Counted from the first letter of the stretch, positions 15,864 to 31,578 are shown. The stretch: DNA of 64,000 nt from Eledone cirrhosa (GCA_964016885.1 OZ024742.1:50840001-50904000); one strand, 5' to 3'. Notes: generated from the sequence alone by a model not told the origin. Made by a program: numbers and translations.

Positions 15864-15899
15864 TGCATATATATAAATAGTGTACCACCATGATCTCCG

Positions 15900-16540
15900 T
15901 CCCTCGGCTGGAACACAAATAATTTACGACTAAATCAGCAACAAGTGGTCAAATACTATGTAGGTAAGCCGGTGGACAGGTTTAAAGAACGCTTCCTGAA
16001 TCGTCTGTGGACAATCAGACAAACAGACTCACGGTCATCTACGAAGCTTGCAAGCCACATATGGCCCCCTCATGGACGCAGGCGTGCATTACTCCATCCA
16101 ATGGAAAGTTGTAACCAAGTCTAAGCTATACGGAAACGTAAGTCCGTCTTGTGGGATATGCATTGAAGAAAGAATCAATATCGTGTGGAGGTCGCATAAT
16201 AGAACTTGTCTAAATTCAAGATCTGATTTCTACTAACGTTGTCCTCAGATTTCGAAATATCTATTAAGTAATTTTATGGCCGCAGACTGACTACAGGACT
16301 TGACTTCTAGACCAAATATCATGAATAACGTATTGCATTCTGAGCTTTCACAGTCAACTCCCATTAATCTATTTATTGTCAGTTGCCTCCCCGTTGAGAA
16401 GTACTATTTCTGCGCAATGTGTATTCGTATAATTGTTTCCCTTTCCGTATAACTTCATTGAAACCGGGCTGATGATCAGATGATCCGTCTTAGGTAAATA
16501 AATTGTTCTCGGAAATGTTGAATTAACTGTTGCGGACTAT
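15900..16540 (+). pseudogene. PLE GIY-YIG endonuclease fragment and 3'UTR
   Basis: YYVG..FKERF..H..LASHIW..IQWKVV..CGICIEE..LNSRSD motifs. Confidence 0.75.
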
Positions 16541-17011
16541 TTATATATATATATATATACACAGCTACATAGCGATTTTTAACCATTTTTGAATCTAAAT
16601 TTGGCGGGCTCGGATTGAAAAACTAAATGTCTGATTTTGAGTTTATCCCCTGATGAAACTGACTCTCGAAATTAAAATTATTTGGATGTCCTAAATAAGG
16701 AAGAAACCATGGTAGGGATATAATTACGGTATGTGCGCATTTCTTCTAAGTTTAATTTTACTACTAATTGTGTGTGGTTGATGATATATTTGGTCAAAGT
16801 CTGCATGCTGTCGAAATGTTCGATAAATAATGGAACGGGGCTGCCGCGAAGAGGCTACGGTCGATTGTTTGTCAGAGATTTCCCCATAAGAAAATTTATT
16901 CTTAAAGCTTGCTAGATTTGATTTTGTATATGGTTAATTATGCTAATTAGAAGAAGAAATAGTATATATTTTAATATCTGATGATTCTAAAGACATGATT
17001 TATGATATATA

Positions 17012-17101
<90 letters not shown>

Positions 17102-17144
17102 TGTGTGTGTGTGTGTATGTGTGTGTGTGTGTGTGTGTGCGTGC

Positions 17145-17188
<44 letters not shown>

Positions 17189-18311
17189 GTGTGTGTGTGT
17201 GTGTGTATTAGACATTTTATAAAGTTATAATTTTTAACATTCCAATGCGTCTGCATAATTTAATTATCCTTAATACACCGCTATAATGCGACCTATATTG
17301 AATACAGTCTTTTCGTAACATATATCTAATAAAAAGTGGAATTAAGTAATTTACATTGCTGTGTATTGCATATCCTAACATTCAAATTATGTACATTTCG
17401 TTTGACTCAATACCGTGTGGCTGCGTATAAGTAAAATTCTGTGACCTAATACGCTCTTTTATAAAGAATTATTGTCATAATGGCGTCTATCTAGAATTTA
17501 GAAAATAGCTATTGATATATTACATTTTGAATTACAATAAAATAATGCTATTTATACTATAAGGAAGCCTTACTACCTGCTACAATATTTTGACCACAGC
17601 GGTACTGAAACATGTAACTAGATATTTTATCTATTTCTTCCATTTCAAAGAGGGAAGCGGGATATATATTTATCACTTTTTCCGTTTGCTCTCTGCCATA
17701 GAACAGTACTTAGTGATGTCAATGACCATTTCAGAAGCTAAAATCTATATTGGTGATTTCAAAATAAATAGGATAGCCATTTTCTCTACTTATTTGATGT
17801 TAAAGTTTCACAAAAGACAGAACCTCCTAGATATACGGTTTAAATAGTATTGTGTGATAAATGGTGAATATACAAAACAATAAGTCAAATCTAGCTTTCA
17901 AGAACGAAATGCTCAAACAATAATAATGAAACGAAAATTATGTAGCCGTGAGATGATTGTATTAGCATGTATATTTCAGTGGTTCATGTTAAATAATATT
18001 CACTATCCATTAACATGTTACACCCAGTATTATGTGGCATATGTATAGCAGATGTACATAAAATAAGGCAACTGTAATGGAGTGTGATTCAAGTTTCGTC
18101 TTTTAAATAATACATCTCCAATTAATACAATTATCACTAGTTGAAATTTTGTTAGACTATAAAATAATCTGCCCCAGTTACAGTATTCAAGAAGCCAAAC
18201 TATTGATATGTAGACAACCTCTGGCTATATGTTTGCTTCATTACATTTCTGACGGCGAAATCAATTGAGTTTTTGTGCGTAACTAATTTATGCAAGCGGC
18301 GCACATAATGA

Positions 18312-18622
18312 TTATAATTGTTTCTACATTTGGCACAATGCCTGCAATTAACCAGTACAATACTGGTACTTTATTTTATCGACCCAATACGGATGAAAGG
18401 CAAAGTTAACCTCGACGGGATTTGAACTCAGACCGTAAAGGGACGTAACTATGCTAGAAAGCATGGCGTCCTACGCTCTACCGATACTGCCAATCCACGG
18501 ACCATAATGATTATAATTGTTTCTACTTTTGGCACAAGTCCAGCAATTAACCAGTACATTACTGGTACTTTATTTTATCGACCCCGTAAGGATGAAAGGC
18601 AAAGTTAACCTCGGCGGGATTT
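18312..18622 (-). mobile_element. Octopus-type SINE, one full copy plus a tandem 3' partial copy
   Basis: Two ATAATTGTTTCTAC starts (~18313 and ~18512), same family as 4588-4769. Confidence 0.85.
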
Positions 18623-18859
18623 TAATGATAACGAATAACATTCATATGAAATTCATAACTACGTTGAAATTTCATTTCGATGTAGATTGGTAAACGTTAT
18701 AGAAATACAGGCACCAACACCAATACATGCAGACGCACACGTACACACTTTCATACGCATACACGTACCCCATATATCTATATATATGATATATTTCTTC
18801 ATTATACTGTGTCGTTTGGTGTGTTATTTTGCTTGCTCTTTATATATATATATGTTTAT

Positions 18860-19484
18860 AATAACTAGAAATTGATTAACATATAAATAAACATGAATAA
18901 TCGCAGGAGATAATTTTTTCAAGTGTGTAACCACACATAGCTAGGTAGGTAACTAAATAAAGTTGACCAAACTTTAAAAATAGATACCTTATAATATGAT
19001 TAATCTTCCCTGTATATATTCCATTAAAGAAATATATTTCACCAATTAATTGAATGGTAAACCACGGAAGCGGATACTTGGATTTTCAACAAGGAAGAAG
19101 TTCCAGCGATCAGTGTTTACACTTCAAGTTCAAATCAGCAACTGGCCAGCAACACGTGCTATATCTACTAGAAATAGACACATCATACTAGCTTCGTCCC
19201 AGTGGCGTGAATAGGGCTATCGACAACTAGAAACAGCAGCCGAGTTCTTTCAACAGAGCTAGCACTACAATTAAGGAGCGTATTTATATATCTATATCCA
19301 AAATTAAGATAAATCAAATGAATTTAATCTAAATCAAAATTATGGGTGTCATGTCAGAAAGACATGCGCCATATCACCCGCAATAATATGTCCGGGTGAT
19401 ATGCCGCATGTCTTTCTGGCATGACATTCATAATTTTGATTTACATTAAATTCATTTGATTTATCTTAACTTTGGATATAGATA

Positions 19485-19485
<1 letters not shown>
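18860..19485. mobile_element. HHR element family A, diverged copy with a short fold-back centred at ~19388
   Basis: Homologous to 640-1000 and 1260-1745. 19290-19380 is inverted at 19393-19485. Confidence 0.75.
19004..19098 (-). ncRNA. Type I hammerhead ribozyme, U3-A8 core variant (family A)
   Basis: Reverse strand: TCTTCCTTG TTGAAAA T-CCAA...TTGG-T GAAA TATATTTC TTTAAT GGAATATA TA CAGGGAAGA (9-bp stem I, 8-bp stem III). Confidence 0.75.
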
Positions 19486-19517
<32 letters not shown>

Positions 19518-19594
19518 GAAGAGCAAGCAAAGTAACACAGCAAACGACACAGTATAATGAAGAAATATATCATATATATAAATATATGGGGTAA

Positions 19595-19647
<53 letters not shown>

Positions 19648-19727
19648 GGAGGTGAGTTTTATTGTATCACAATAAAGCAATGCAAATATCGGATAAGTAG
19701 CACTCTACAGTTTTTAGGACTGGAGTA

Positions 19728-22700
19728 TAAATAATATATGATCAAAAGATGGTTAAAAGAGTTCCAAGTATTTTATTATGCGCATTTCAAAAACAAATAT
19801 CATCATGAGATGATATCTGCCTTTTCATCAGATAAAATAGCGATACATAATATGAAGGTTAAAAAACACTTGTGAATAGTGAAGTTTTAAATCAACATAT
19901 GAAAAATAATTTAAGATTGATATGTGATATTGAGAAAAAGAGGGGGGTTTGGAAAGGGTAAGGAAGAGGAGGAGATGAGAGTAAAGAATGGTGGCGGAGG
20001 AGTATAAGAAGGAAGGATGAGAGAGGAGGAGATATTTTTGATAGAGACAGAGAGATAGCCTTACAACTGAGAAAAATATATATTGTCTCCCAGAGAGAAA
20101 TTCAAAAGCCGTTGGAAGATGATAGATAATTTAAACGAATTTGAAATTTTAAAGTTGATGAAGAGAAAAAGGGGTTAAGAATAATATTAAATTAAGGTTT
20201 GTATATTGAAGGGTTAAATAATATGTGCGAGGAAAAGAAATTGTTAATATGTATTATTAAAATAAAAATATTAATGTTATTAAGGATATAATGTGAAAAG
20301 AAGTAGTAGAGTGGATGAGTTATGAATTTAGAGGAATTAGTTAGTGTTTAAGTTTGTTTTTTATGTAATGTAATATGTGTGCGTAATATATGTACGGAAA
20401 TAGTTTGTTTAAAAATGAGCGCAGAAAGCAAAGAAGAAAATAATGTTTAAGGAAGAAAAAAATATCTAACATAAAAAAAATATATATGTTTACGAAATAT
20501 TTTCTAATGGTAATAATATAATATATTAAAAGGAATTAGTTAGGGATTAACTTTGTTTTTATGTATTGTAATATGTAATATGTAAAAGTCAAACGAGCAT
20601 GAAAGGAAGAGATAATGAATTTAAGAAAGAAAAATCTAACGTCAAAAAATGTTTATGTTTACGAAGGACTATTAAATGTAATACTATAATGTATTAACAA
20701 GATAATAATAATTGTTATGGCCAATGATATGAAGAAAGATGGAGGAATTGATAATGTTGTGGTGAGTAATAATAAGAATTGAGAAGTAGTTAGGAAGAAA
20801 AAGTACAGATTAGTGGTTAGAAATTAAAAAGAAAAAAGAAAAGAGGAAGAAAGGAAAGTGATAAAGAGGAATGATATAGAATGAGTAACTTGTATTATAT
20901 AATATATAATAAATAATATTGAAATAAGGTAGAAAGATGGGTATATTTTTAAAAGATATATATAAGCCTTTGAGAAAAACGATTATAAACTAGTAAGTTA
21001 TTAGATATTAGATGTATAATTTATGAACTGTTCTGTGGAATTTATGCAAGCAGAGACAAAATATATCAGTGCGTCTATTTATTATAGAATTTAAATTAGA
21101 TATAATGGTAAATGTCTCAGATAGGCAAAGATTACATGTTCTGGATGGGGAGGCATTCAAGTAGGGAGAGGCAGAACAAACTTTCCTCCAAGAGATGTTA
21201 TAGTTAATATTTGTTGTCTTTCTAGGACCTTATGAGTTCTGGGAGTGCCGTGTTAGTTCTTTTAAGTTGGTATCTAAAAGACGAATTGTGATTATAAAAT
21301 CTCGCTTTGAAGGAGGTGGAAGTGGAACCGAAATAGGTAAAGGAATTGGTATCAGTTATAACCTTACATTCATAGACTAAGTTGTTTTCAAGACAATGGT
21401 TATTGAGAGGACATTTAGTTCTAACAGGGCAATTACAATTACGATTAGAGAAATTAACAGAGTTATTAACAAGTGTTATTTATAGGAGGAATTGGATTGG
21501 AGAAGTTATTTACGATAGGAATAATAGTTTCCTGATTTAGATTGGTATTATGAACATTCAACGAAGTTACGTTTGACGTCGTATTTGAGTTTGCAGAATC
21601 TAGCCTAGAGTTAACAATGACGTCGGGAGTACTACTGCTATTATTATGACACTTAGTGTTGGTAGGATGTGATTTAGTATTTAATATTTTATTGTTGTGT
21701 TTAGAGATAATGTTAGAGATGTTGGAGGAGGTGGAATAGGAACATTTTATTGTATGTTTGTTAAAGATTTTACTATAGATATATGAACGAGGGAAGCATT
21801 TATCTAAGGCCCTAAAGAATAATTTAGGAATATTATTATTAATAGAAATATAAAAAGGAGCATTATACCAGATTATATTTTTGTATCTAGGTGTTTTATT
21901 TGAGTTATTGGAATGATCATAATTAATTATTTTACTGTAAGACCTTCTAGGATTGGTTTGTTTACTGTATTTAATTTCATCAGGATAACCGGCTTTAGAA
22001 AGCGCATTATTATAGTAATTGGCGTTAGCATCAAATATATTTTTTATTAGAGGATAGGTTTGATATTCTTTTTCCAATATTACCGACTATAGCATTTTTA
22101 ATGTTAGTGGGGGGGGGGGTTATTTAAAATTAACATAATTTAGACTCTCATTGTTTTTATGGTAAGGGTAATATAGGCCAGTGTCAAGATTAAGGGATAT
22201 ATCCAAGAAGTTAGCTAGTTTGACGTTGTTATCAAATTGGATTTTAAGGTTATGTTGCTTAAAGAGATCAAGTATATTGTTCTTAATAATATTAAGGTTA
22301 ACTAAATTGCAATTTAAGATAGTAAAAATTCCATCGTCACGATAATTTCCACCGCGAAGTTGAGGAATTTCCGATTTAAAGAATTCTAAATAAAAATACC
22401 AATCAAATTAGTCAATTGCGATGAATCGGAAGCACCCATTGTGATATGAAAGTTGTTGGAGGTATCAGCTCTAGTCCAGTATTCATTGTTGAATTCTAAG
22501 ATGGTTTTACTTGCGGTGAGAATGATGTGAAATTCATCTGTGGTGATGTCAGAATATTTAAATGCGAAAGATAGAGCATTGTTGAGAAGTGAAGGCGAAA
22601 TAGAAGAATAGTAGCTGGCAATATCAAATTGAATACATTTTTGTTTGTTTTTCATATTCACGTTGTTGAACCAGCCAATTACTTCTGATGTACCAAACCA

Positions 22701-22734
22701 TAAATTTAAGTTAGAAATAGAGCAATTAGAACGA
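19728..22734 (-). mobile_element. PLE family C, left arm (5'-truncated RT + GIY-YIG, decayed ORF ~21010-22734)
   Basis: IQFDIASYYSSI, MGASDSSQL, IIWYNAPF and CNCPVRTKCPLNNHCL motifs. Inverted relative to 22735-24768. Confidence 0.9.
19769..19839 (-). ncRNA. Type I hammerhead ribozyme (PLE-C); mirror copy at 24661-24731 (+)
   Basis: TATTTTAT CTGATGA AAAGGCAGATATCATC..GATGATATTTGTTTTT GAAA TGCGCA TA ATAAAATA, with a palindromic stem III. Confidence 0.8.
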
Positions 22735-24768
22735 ACCGCAAGATAAACCATCTTAGAATTCAACAATGGATACTGGACTAGAGCTGATACCTCCAACAAC
22801 TTTCATATCACAATGGGTGCTTCCGATTCATCGCAATTGACTGATTTGATTGGTATTTTTATTTTGAATTCTTTAAATCGGAAAAATCCTCAACTTCGCG
22901 GTGGAATTTATCGTGACGATGGAGTTTTTACTATGTTAAATTGCAATTTAGTTAACCTTAATATTATTAAGAACAATATACGTGATCTCTTTAAGCAACA
23001 TAACCGTAAGATCCAATTTGATTACAACGTCAAACTAGCTAACTTCTTGGATATATCCCTTAATCTTGACACTGGCCTATATTACCCTTACCATAAAAAC
23101 AATGAGAATCTAAATTATGTTAATTTTAAGTCTAACCTCCCCACTAACATTAAAAATGCTATAGTCTGTAATATTGGAAAAAGAATATCAAACCTATCCT
23201 CTAATAAAAAATATATTTGATGCTAACGCCAATTACTATAATAATCCGCTTTCTAAAGCCGGTTATCCTGATGAAATTAAATACAATAAAGAAACCAATC
23301 CTAGAAGGTCTTACAGTAAAATAATTGATTATGATCATTCCAATAACTTAAATAAAAGACCTAGATACAAAAATATAATCTGGTATAATGCTACTTTCTT
23401 TATTTCTATTAATAATAATATTCCTAAACTATTCTTTAGGGCCTTAGATAAATGCTTCCCTCCCTCACATGTCTATAGTAAAATCTTTAACAAACATACA
23501 ATAAACTGTTCCTATTCCACCTCCTCCAACATCTCTAACATTATCTCTAAACACAACAATAACATATTAAATATTAAATCACATCCTACCAACACTGAGG
23601 GTGATAATAATAGCAGTAGTACTCCCGACGTCATTGTTAACTCTAGACTAGATTCTACAATTTCAAATACGACGTCAAACGTAATTTCCTTTTTATTTTC
23701 TAACCTCTAATCTGTACTTTTTCTTCCTAACTACTTCTCAATTCTTATTATTACTCACTACATATTATCCATTCTTCCATCTTTCTTCATATCATTGGAA
23801 ATAACAATTATTATTATCTTTTTAATACATTATAGTCCTTCGTAAACATAAACATTTTTTGACGTTAGATTTTTCTTCCTTAAATTCCTTATCTCTTCCT
23901 TTCATGCTCGTTTGACATTTACATATTACATATTACAATACATAAAAACAAAGTTAAAACCTAACTAATTCTTTTTAATATATTATATTATTACCTTTAG
24001 AAAATATTTCGTAAACATATATATTTTTTATGTTAGATATTTTTTCTTCCTTAAACATTATTTTCTTCTTTGCTTTCTGCGCTCATTTTAAAACGAACTA
24101 TTTACGTACATATATTACGTACACATATTACATTACATAAAAACAAACTTAAAACTAACTAATTCCACTAAATTCATAACTCATCCACTCTTCTAATTCT
24201 TTTCGCATTATATCCATAATAACATTAATATTTTTATTTTAATAATACATATTAACAATTTCTTTTCCTCGCACATATTATTAAACCCTTCAATATACAA
24301 ACCTTAATTTAATATTATTCTTAACCCCTTTTTCTCTTCATCAACTTTAAATTTCAAATTCTTTTAAATTATCTATCATCGTCCAACAGCTTTTTAATTT
24401 ATCTCTGTAAGACAATATATTTTTCTCAGTTGGAAATGGTATCTCTCTCTCTCTCTATCACCCATCTCTCCTCCTCTCTCATTCTTCCTTCTTATACTCC
24501 TCCCCCACCATTCTTTACTCTCATCTCCTCCTCTTCCTTACCCTTTCCAAACCCCCCTCTTTTACACAATATCACACATCAATCTTAAATTATTTTTCAT
24601 ATGTTGATTTAAAACTTCAATATTCACAAGTGTTTTTTAATCCTTCATATCATGTATCCCTATTTTATCTGATGAAATCGCAGATATCATCACATGATGA
24701 TATTTGTTTTTGAAATGCGCCTAATAAAATACTTGGATCTCTTTAAACCATCTTTTGATCTTATATTA
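22735..24768 (+). mobile_element. PLE family C, right arm with the GIY-YIG region deleted
   Basis: GGIYRDDG in ORF 22813-23220. The junction near 23685 skips the equivalent of ~20835-21565. Confidence 0.9.
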
Positions 24769-25169
24769 TATATATATATAAAATCTGTGGTTACCTCCGA
24801 TTCAACCCGGAATAACGTACCTATATATACATATAAAATCAAGGTCTAGCAAATAGAGAAAGAGTTTTTAAGTAAATTTTAAAAATTGGCTATACTTACT
24901 ATATGTGCCTTTACCGCGGTTTCATGCTTCAGAATAAACGGAAAATCCAACCGGTTTTCCAAAGAGAAGGGAGCAATCTTCAGAAGGGTCTTCTCTTTCG
25001 GAGAATATAAAATTTCCGAGCTCAAATCATAAACTGACGCCATACAAATCCACATACAAATGTTCTGGCTTGTTAATTTACTAACCCGCCATAGAACCAC
25101 ATTGTCATACGGTTGGATGATACATGTTTCCCTATATGTAATTTCTACACGTAGGAATTCAAACTTTAT

Positions 25170-25226
<57 letters not shown>

Positions 25227-25414
25227 CTTACGTGCATCCTGAAATTCGGCGGATTCCTTCATTGCATTTCACCCTGAAATCGGATATGTACCCGTATATA
25301 TTCATGTATATATATATAGGGGTCTTACTGGTTCCTATCACCCACTCTACTACCCCAAGTATTGAGTACTTTGGTGCGTTATGGTCCACCTGGTTCCTTA
25401 CCACATTTCCTTCG

Positions 25415-25457
<43 letters not shown>

Positions 25458-25656
25458 TCCGAAAAAAGAAGTATATACAGAGCACTGGAAGGAACATATG
25501 ACATTGGATGAAAGGGCCAAAAAGTAGAAAAGGAGGAACTTAAGAAACGTCTATATATATATATATTTAGACGTTTCTTGAGTTCCTCTTTGGATTTTAA
25601 TCTTCAAATTTATTATTATTACTATATATATATATATATATATAAAGAATGAATAA

Positions 25657-25844
25657 TTGTTTCTACTTTAGGCACAAGACCAGCAACTAACCAGAACATT
25701 ACTGGTACTTTATTTTATCAACCCCGTAAGGATGAAAGGCAAAGTCAACCTCAGCGGGATTTGAACTCAGATCGTAAAGGGACGTAAATATGCTGGAAAG
25801 CATGGCGTTCGACCCTCTACCGATACTGCCAATCCACCGCCCTT
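25657..25844 (-). mobile_element. Octopus-type SINE with target-site duplication
   Basis: Flanked on both sides by TATATATAAAGAATGAATAAT. Confidence 0.9.
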
Positions 25845-25859
25845 ATATATATAAAGAAT

Positions 25860-27481
25860 GAATAATAATAGGTAGACATCATAAAAAGGTAATTTATTCC
25901 GTGTGCTTACAAATGTTTCCACGGTGGTACTACAGCCTAGTTATGCTATGTGCAAATTTACAAGTATTTGCAGAACTCAAATATCCAATGCTGTGACCAC
26001 TGTATCCTCAGAGCAGAATGGCAACATGTACAATGTAAATACCCTTAAGTGGGGTTGTTGGGGAAGATAGAGTAGAAAAGGAAGAGAGAAAAGTAGGGGA
26101 GAGGGAGAGAGAGAGAAAGATATGCAGGGGTTGGAGAAGTAGGAGAGAGTGGTTTGTAGATATCTTAATCAAAATGTTATAGTAGGGGTTTTATTATACT
26201 GGTTACTTTTGGAGAGATGCGTTGATAGTTAAGGTCGGAATTATTTATTGCCCCAGAGGGCAGGATCATAGATGTGGAGAGGGAGGTAGGCCAAAGTCGA
26301 TAGAGAGAGAGTGTAATGGATGTAGAGAGAGAGGTAGAGAGGGAACAGACGATGTTTATGTGGTGAGTGAACTTTGGGTTTGTAGTAGTAATCTGTGAAT
26401 TGCACTGAGTTACCATTTATAGTGATACGCAGTGTATTGTCTTGTAGTGTAGGGGAAGAGAAGGTGGTTAGCTAGAAAGCGATGTTATAGTTACGGGTTC
26501 GAATGTTAAGTTATTTTATAGTGAGAGAATTTAGCTTTTAGTTTGTGGTTGCAGTATAATGATCGTTCAATTCTATCGTTAAGTAGTTTGTTTTGGGATT
26601 TTAATATGTAAAAGAGTTCAAGGTTACACAACCTGCAGTACTTCAATCCACTCCGATATGCACTTGGGCTGGAAAGTATATCCCATTTTAAGGTGAACTG
26701 TTGGTTGCGTTCGCGGAGTTGCCAGGTCTTGTTGGCGAGCGTGGTTACAAAACGGTGATTAGGATGTTTGATTGAGAATCGATGACGGTACCAGCGAGAT
26801 TTGAACGAGGTGGTGGTAGATCCGATATAATACCATTTCTGGTCGTTCGATTCAACCGTGCATTGGTAAACAATGTTGGACTTCAGGCATTCATTCTTCA
26901 ATGGACATCTTTCATGTAGATGGCATTTACATTCTTTGTTGTGGGTAGCGGGTATACCATGGATAGGTTGTGATAGCAGTACAGGTGGATTGTGAAATAC
27001 CCGTCACCCATTTAGTGGTTGGGAGGCAGATATTACCTTCTGCCCATCTGTTACTAAAATGTTTTGTTTTATAGAGTTGTTTAATTGCCTTAAGTTAAGT
27101 TTTTTTATGTATGCTTCAAGGTTTGGTGTCGTGGAGTATGATAGTCTAATAGTTTTAGAGTTCAGAATGTTGCTGTATTTATGGGAACTAGGGAAATGTT
27201 TGTTGATTAACTTAAAGAATGAAAGAGATAGTTTTGTACTAATCGAGGCATTAAAAATAGGATTGTACCAGATATACTTTCTACAACGTGATTTATTTGG
27301 TGGTGATTTTCTGTTATTAGTATGCCTGGTAGTACTGTGTGTGTGCGCTTGTATTTTAGTCCCCCGGTTACGTATTCCTTGATTTCGTGTAGAGCTATGT
27401 GTGTTATGGAAATTCCTATCAATGTATTCTATTGTATCCCGGTGGTCGGCCTTCCTTAATGCATTATTGTAGTATTCAGCG
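25860..27481 (-). mobile_element. PLE family F, 5'-truncated (RT thumb, GIY-YIG, 3'UTR)
   Basis: YIWYNPIF, IVYQC..YYIG..FKSRW..H and CRLCNLE in ORFs 27004-27481 and 26506-26901; truncated at (TA)n. Confidence 0.9.
25904..26015 (-). ncRNA. Type I hammerhead ribozyme with extended stem II (PLE-F)
   Basis: Reverse strand: TGCT CTGAGGA TACAGTGGT-CACAGC...GCTGT-AGT-ACCACCGTG GAAA CATTTG TA AGCA. Confidence 0.7.
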
Positions 27482-27588
<107 letters not shown>

Positions 27589-28500
27589 ATGTGTGTGTAT
27601 GCGCTCGCGCGTACGTGTGTGAGTGTGCGTGTAACTTAAACTTTTCCTTATGCAAACTGGCAATACATGAATCATATTACAGTCTATACTAAAGCGCTTA
27701 TCAGAACCTGTCCATTGCGTGATCACGATTCATTTTCGCCCGAATCGACTTTATTGCAGAAGGCTTGAAGTAATTTATTAGATTGACTTCGATGTATTAT
27801 TTTCACATATACTTTTCGCTTGAAACCTGGCCGCCGGATTTGTATTCAGAAAAGGACGGAAATACATAATATTTAAATACAGTTAGAATACCTTTCGTTG
27901 ATTCAATTAACTAAGCAAGATTATATTGCTAATTAACTATGAACAACAACTGCAGCTGATGATAAAGGCTGCGAATCTATTTAATATTAAAACTTTAATA
28001 GTTTAATCATAGAAACAAGAAAGCAAGTAACAATTCAAAACTACATATAATAATTATTTCTACTGTTGGCACAAGGCCAGCAAATATTCAGTGTATTACT
28101 GGTACTTTATTTTTATATAATAATACTGGATAAGCATGAGAAAAAGCAAACCCGAAGATAACACACAAAAACCGAAATATCAGCAGTATATTTTAGAAGG
28201 TAAATATATTGAAAATACATATATGGAAAATGCATACGGTATATCGACTATTTGCATGATTAATGTATGTATAAATATAAATGTATTTTTATAGAACCTT
28301 TCAAGTACCGATATATCTTGTTTCAATGTAATTACTCATTTTACGGAATAAATAACGCCTCGATAACGTTTAACTATTTTTTATGTATGCTTAGTATATG
28401 TGAAATCATCTAATTCTCTCTCTCACTCTCTTTCTTCCTTTCTCGCTGTATACAAATTTATATATATATATGTACATCTAAGAATAGATATGTGTGTGAG

Positions 28501-28617
<117 letters not shown>

Positions 28618-29082
28618 AATATATATATATATTTATATATATGTATCTAACTATACGCACACATATCCGTTCTTAGGTGTATATTTCTAATGACAGATGC
28701 ATAGATATTTACAAATATTGAGTTAGATGTAGAAGGAACGGCGAAAATAGAAAGAAATATTGGATTATAAAGATGTTTCGAGAGTACTGTGCTGGTAATT
28801 TATACGTGTAATCCAATTGACGACAGAGTTGACTTTAGAATTGTTCATATACAAGCGAATATATATGAGTGCAATTAAGATATTTTCTTCGGTACTGTAT
28901 ACCCCACTTTACCTCATGCACACTGTCGAAGCGTAATTGTGTGTTTTCAAGAAATCAAAGAGTTAGAGAAATGCAAATTTAGAAGCACAAATTGATATTG
29001 CATTACTGTTTTTTACTCAGTGATCTGCCTGATAAACCGAAAAACATATATATATATAGACGTATATATATATACATTTTAC

Positions 29083-29165
<83 letters not shown>

Positions 29166-29168
<3 letters not shown>

Positions 29169-29362
29169 AAAATGTATGAACACGATGACAGAGCTCAAGC
29201 CGTTTCGACCGTTATTTCTGTACTGACTCCAGAATTAACCGTCGAAACGGATTGAGCTCTGCTGTCGGGGTCATAATTTTTCCTATTACACACTCTACTG
29301 CCCTAACCATTGAGTACTCTGGTGCTTTATGGTACATCTAGTACCTTACCAGATTTCCTTAG

Positions 29363-29365
<3 letters not shown>
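29166..29365. mobile_element. Micro fold-back of a PLE-type 3' end (family G); related copies at 30018-30172, 32530-32590 and 25320-25415
   Basis: Inverted arms around ~29225. HHR 3' half GTC-GAAA-CGG..CTG-TC-GGGG, then a shared tail. Confidence 0.7.
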
Positions 29366-29969
<604 letters not shown>

Positions 29970-30168
29970 TATGTGTGTGTGTGTGTGTATATATATATGT
30001 ATATATATATATATATAACTAAGGAAAAAGTATGACCACTACGGCAGAGATCAAGCCGAAGTCCAGAAATAGCCGTCAAAACGGCTTGAGGTCTGCCGCT
30101 GGGGTCATACTTTTTCCTATTTCCCACTCTAGTATTGAGTACTCTGGTGCGCTACCACATTTCCTTTG

Positions 30169-30214
<46 letters not shown>

Positions 30215-30539
30215 TATGTGTACATATGTATATATTTTATATGTGTAGATATGTGTATTTTATATATATATATAATTTGTTTATGCCACAAAACTACGTA
30301 GTCGAGGAATCTAGGAGCAGTTTAGGTATGATACATTTTATTACTAATTATATCTAAATGTTTCTCTTCTCTTCATAATGTATTTTTAACTCTGATACTG
30401 GTTCAGTCTAGTTCAACCGGATTGGTCTGTCCCAGTAATTCATTGAGTAACATCGGTGTAGTTGGCACCCTTAACTCACGGTTGGGTGCGGATGCATTCA
30501 TGTATATGTGTGTGTCCACATGTATCTGTGTGTTTCTAA

Positions 30540-30602
<63 letters not shown>

Positions 30603-30628
30603 TATATATATATATATATGTATATGTG

Positions 30629-30678
<50 letters not shown>

Positions 30679-30730
30679 TATATATATATATATGTATATG
30701 TGTATTTTATATATATATATGTATGTATAT

Positions 30731-30762
<32 letters not shown>

Positions 30763-30809
30763 ATATATTTTATATATATATATAATTGTACGTACATATA
30801 TATATATAC

Positions 30810-31489
30810 ACACCTGTATGGATTTTTGTGTGTAGATTTTTATGTGCCTGATGGGGTAGGTGTGAGTGTATGTACAAGTCAACCAACATAAGCCTTTTAT
30901 TTCTAAATTTTCTAAACAATCTAAGTATTTGACTCTAACCATTATTTTAAGTATTACCACCCCACTTTAATTCCTCAATTTGTATGTGTGGATGTGTGTC
31001 TGTGGAGGTGGGTGTGAGTGTACGTGCAAGCCAACCTACATAAGTCTTTTTATTTGTAAATGTTCTACTCTAACCATAATTTCAGTAGCACCACTCCACA
31101 TAAATTCCTCAATTTAAGAATGACCTGTAGTATCTATTTCATACTATTAACCTTAATTGAATATATATCTGACCAGGAATGCTTTTTGTGAAAATCAATC
31201 ATATGGAACTATTGTCATCTTGCCTGACGGTTTGAACTTTACAACACTACCTGCCTCTTTGAGGTCAACAATACTAGCATCGACAAACTGACCAATGAGA
31301 ATTAAGACTATTCCTGCGTCAGTTCATATGTCCCAAGGCTCTGATACCATCAACACTATAAACACAGAGCTAGCATATCTAAGAACTGATTAACTGCCTG
31401 ATGAGGTCATAGCCATTCAATGGCTATCATCGAAATATATATAGCAGCAAATAAAGGATTATGAGTTCATGCAATTGACTTATGTTTCG

Positions 31490-31495
<6 letters not shown>
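30810..31495 (+). mobile_element. PLE-type 3'UTR/pLTR remnant with an internal ~150-bp duplication
   Basis: Ends HHR-AATAAA-(TA)n. Confidence 0.65.
31394..31447 (+). ncRNA. Canonical minimal type I hammerhead ribozyme
   Basis: CTGC CTGATGA GGT-CATAGCCATT-CA-ATGGCTAT-CATC GAAA TATATA TA GCAG. Confidence 0.8.

Positions 31496-31578
<83 letters not shown>

Noticed and set aside
16645-16680. CTGATGA...GAAA hammerhead-like motif (also CTGATGA at 16469)
   Set aside because: No convincing stems I-III or cleavage triplet.
24879-25170. 127-aa minus-strand ORF
   Set aside because: It starts through a TA tract and has no recognisable domain; probably a repeat remnant.
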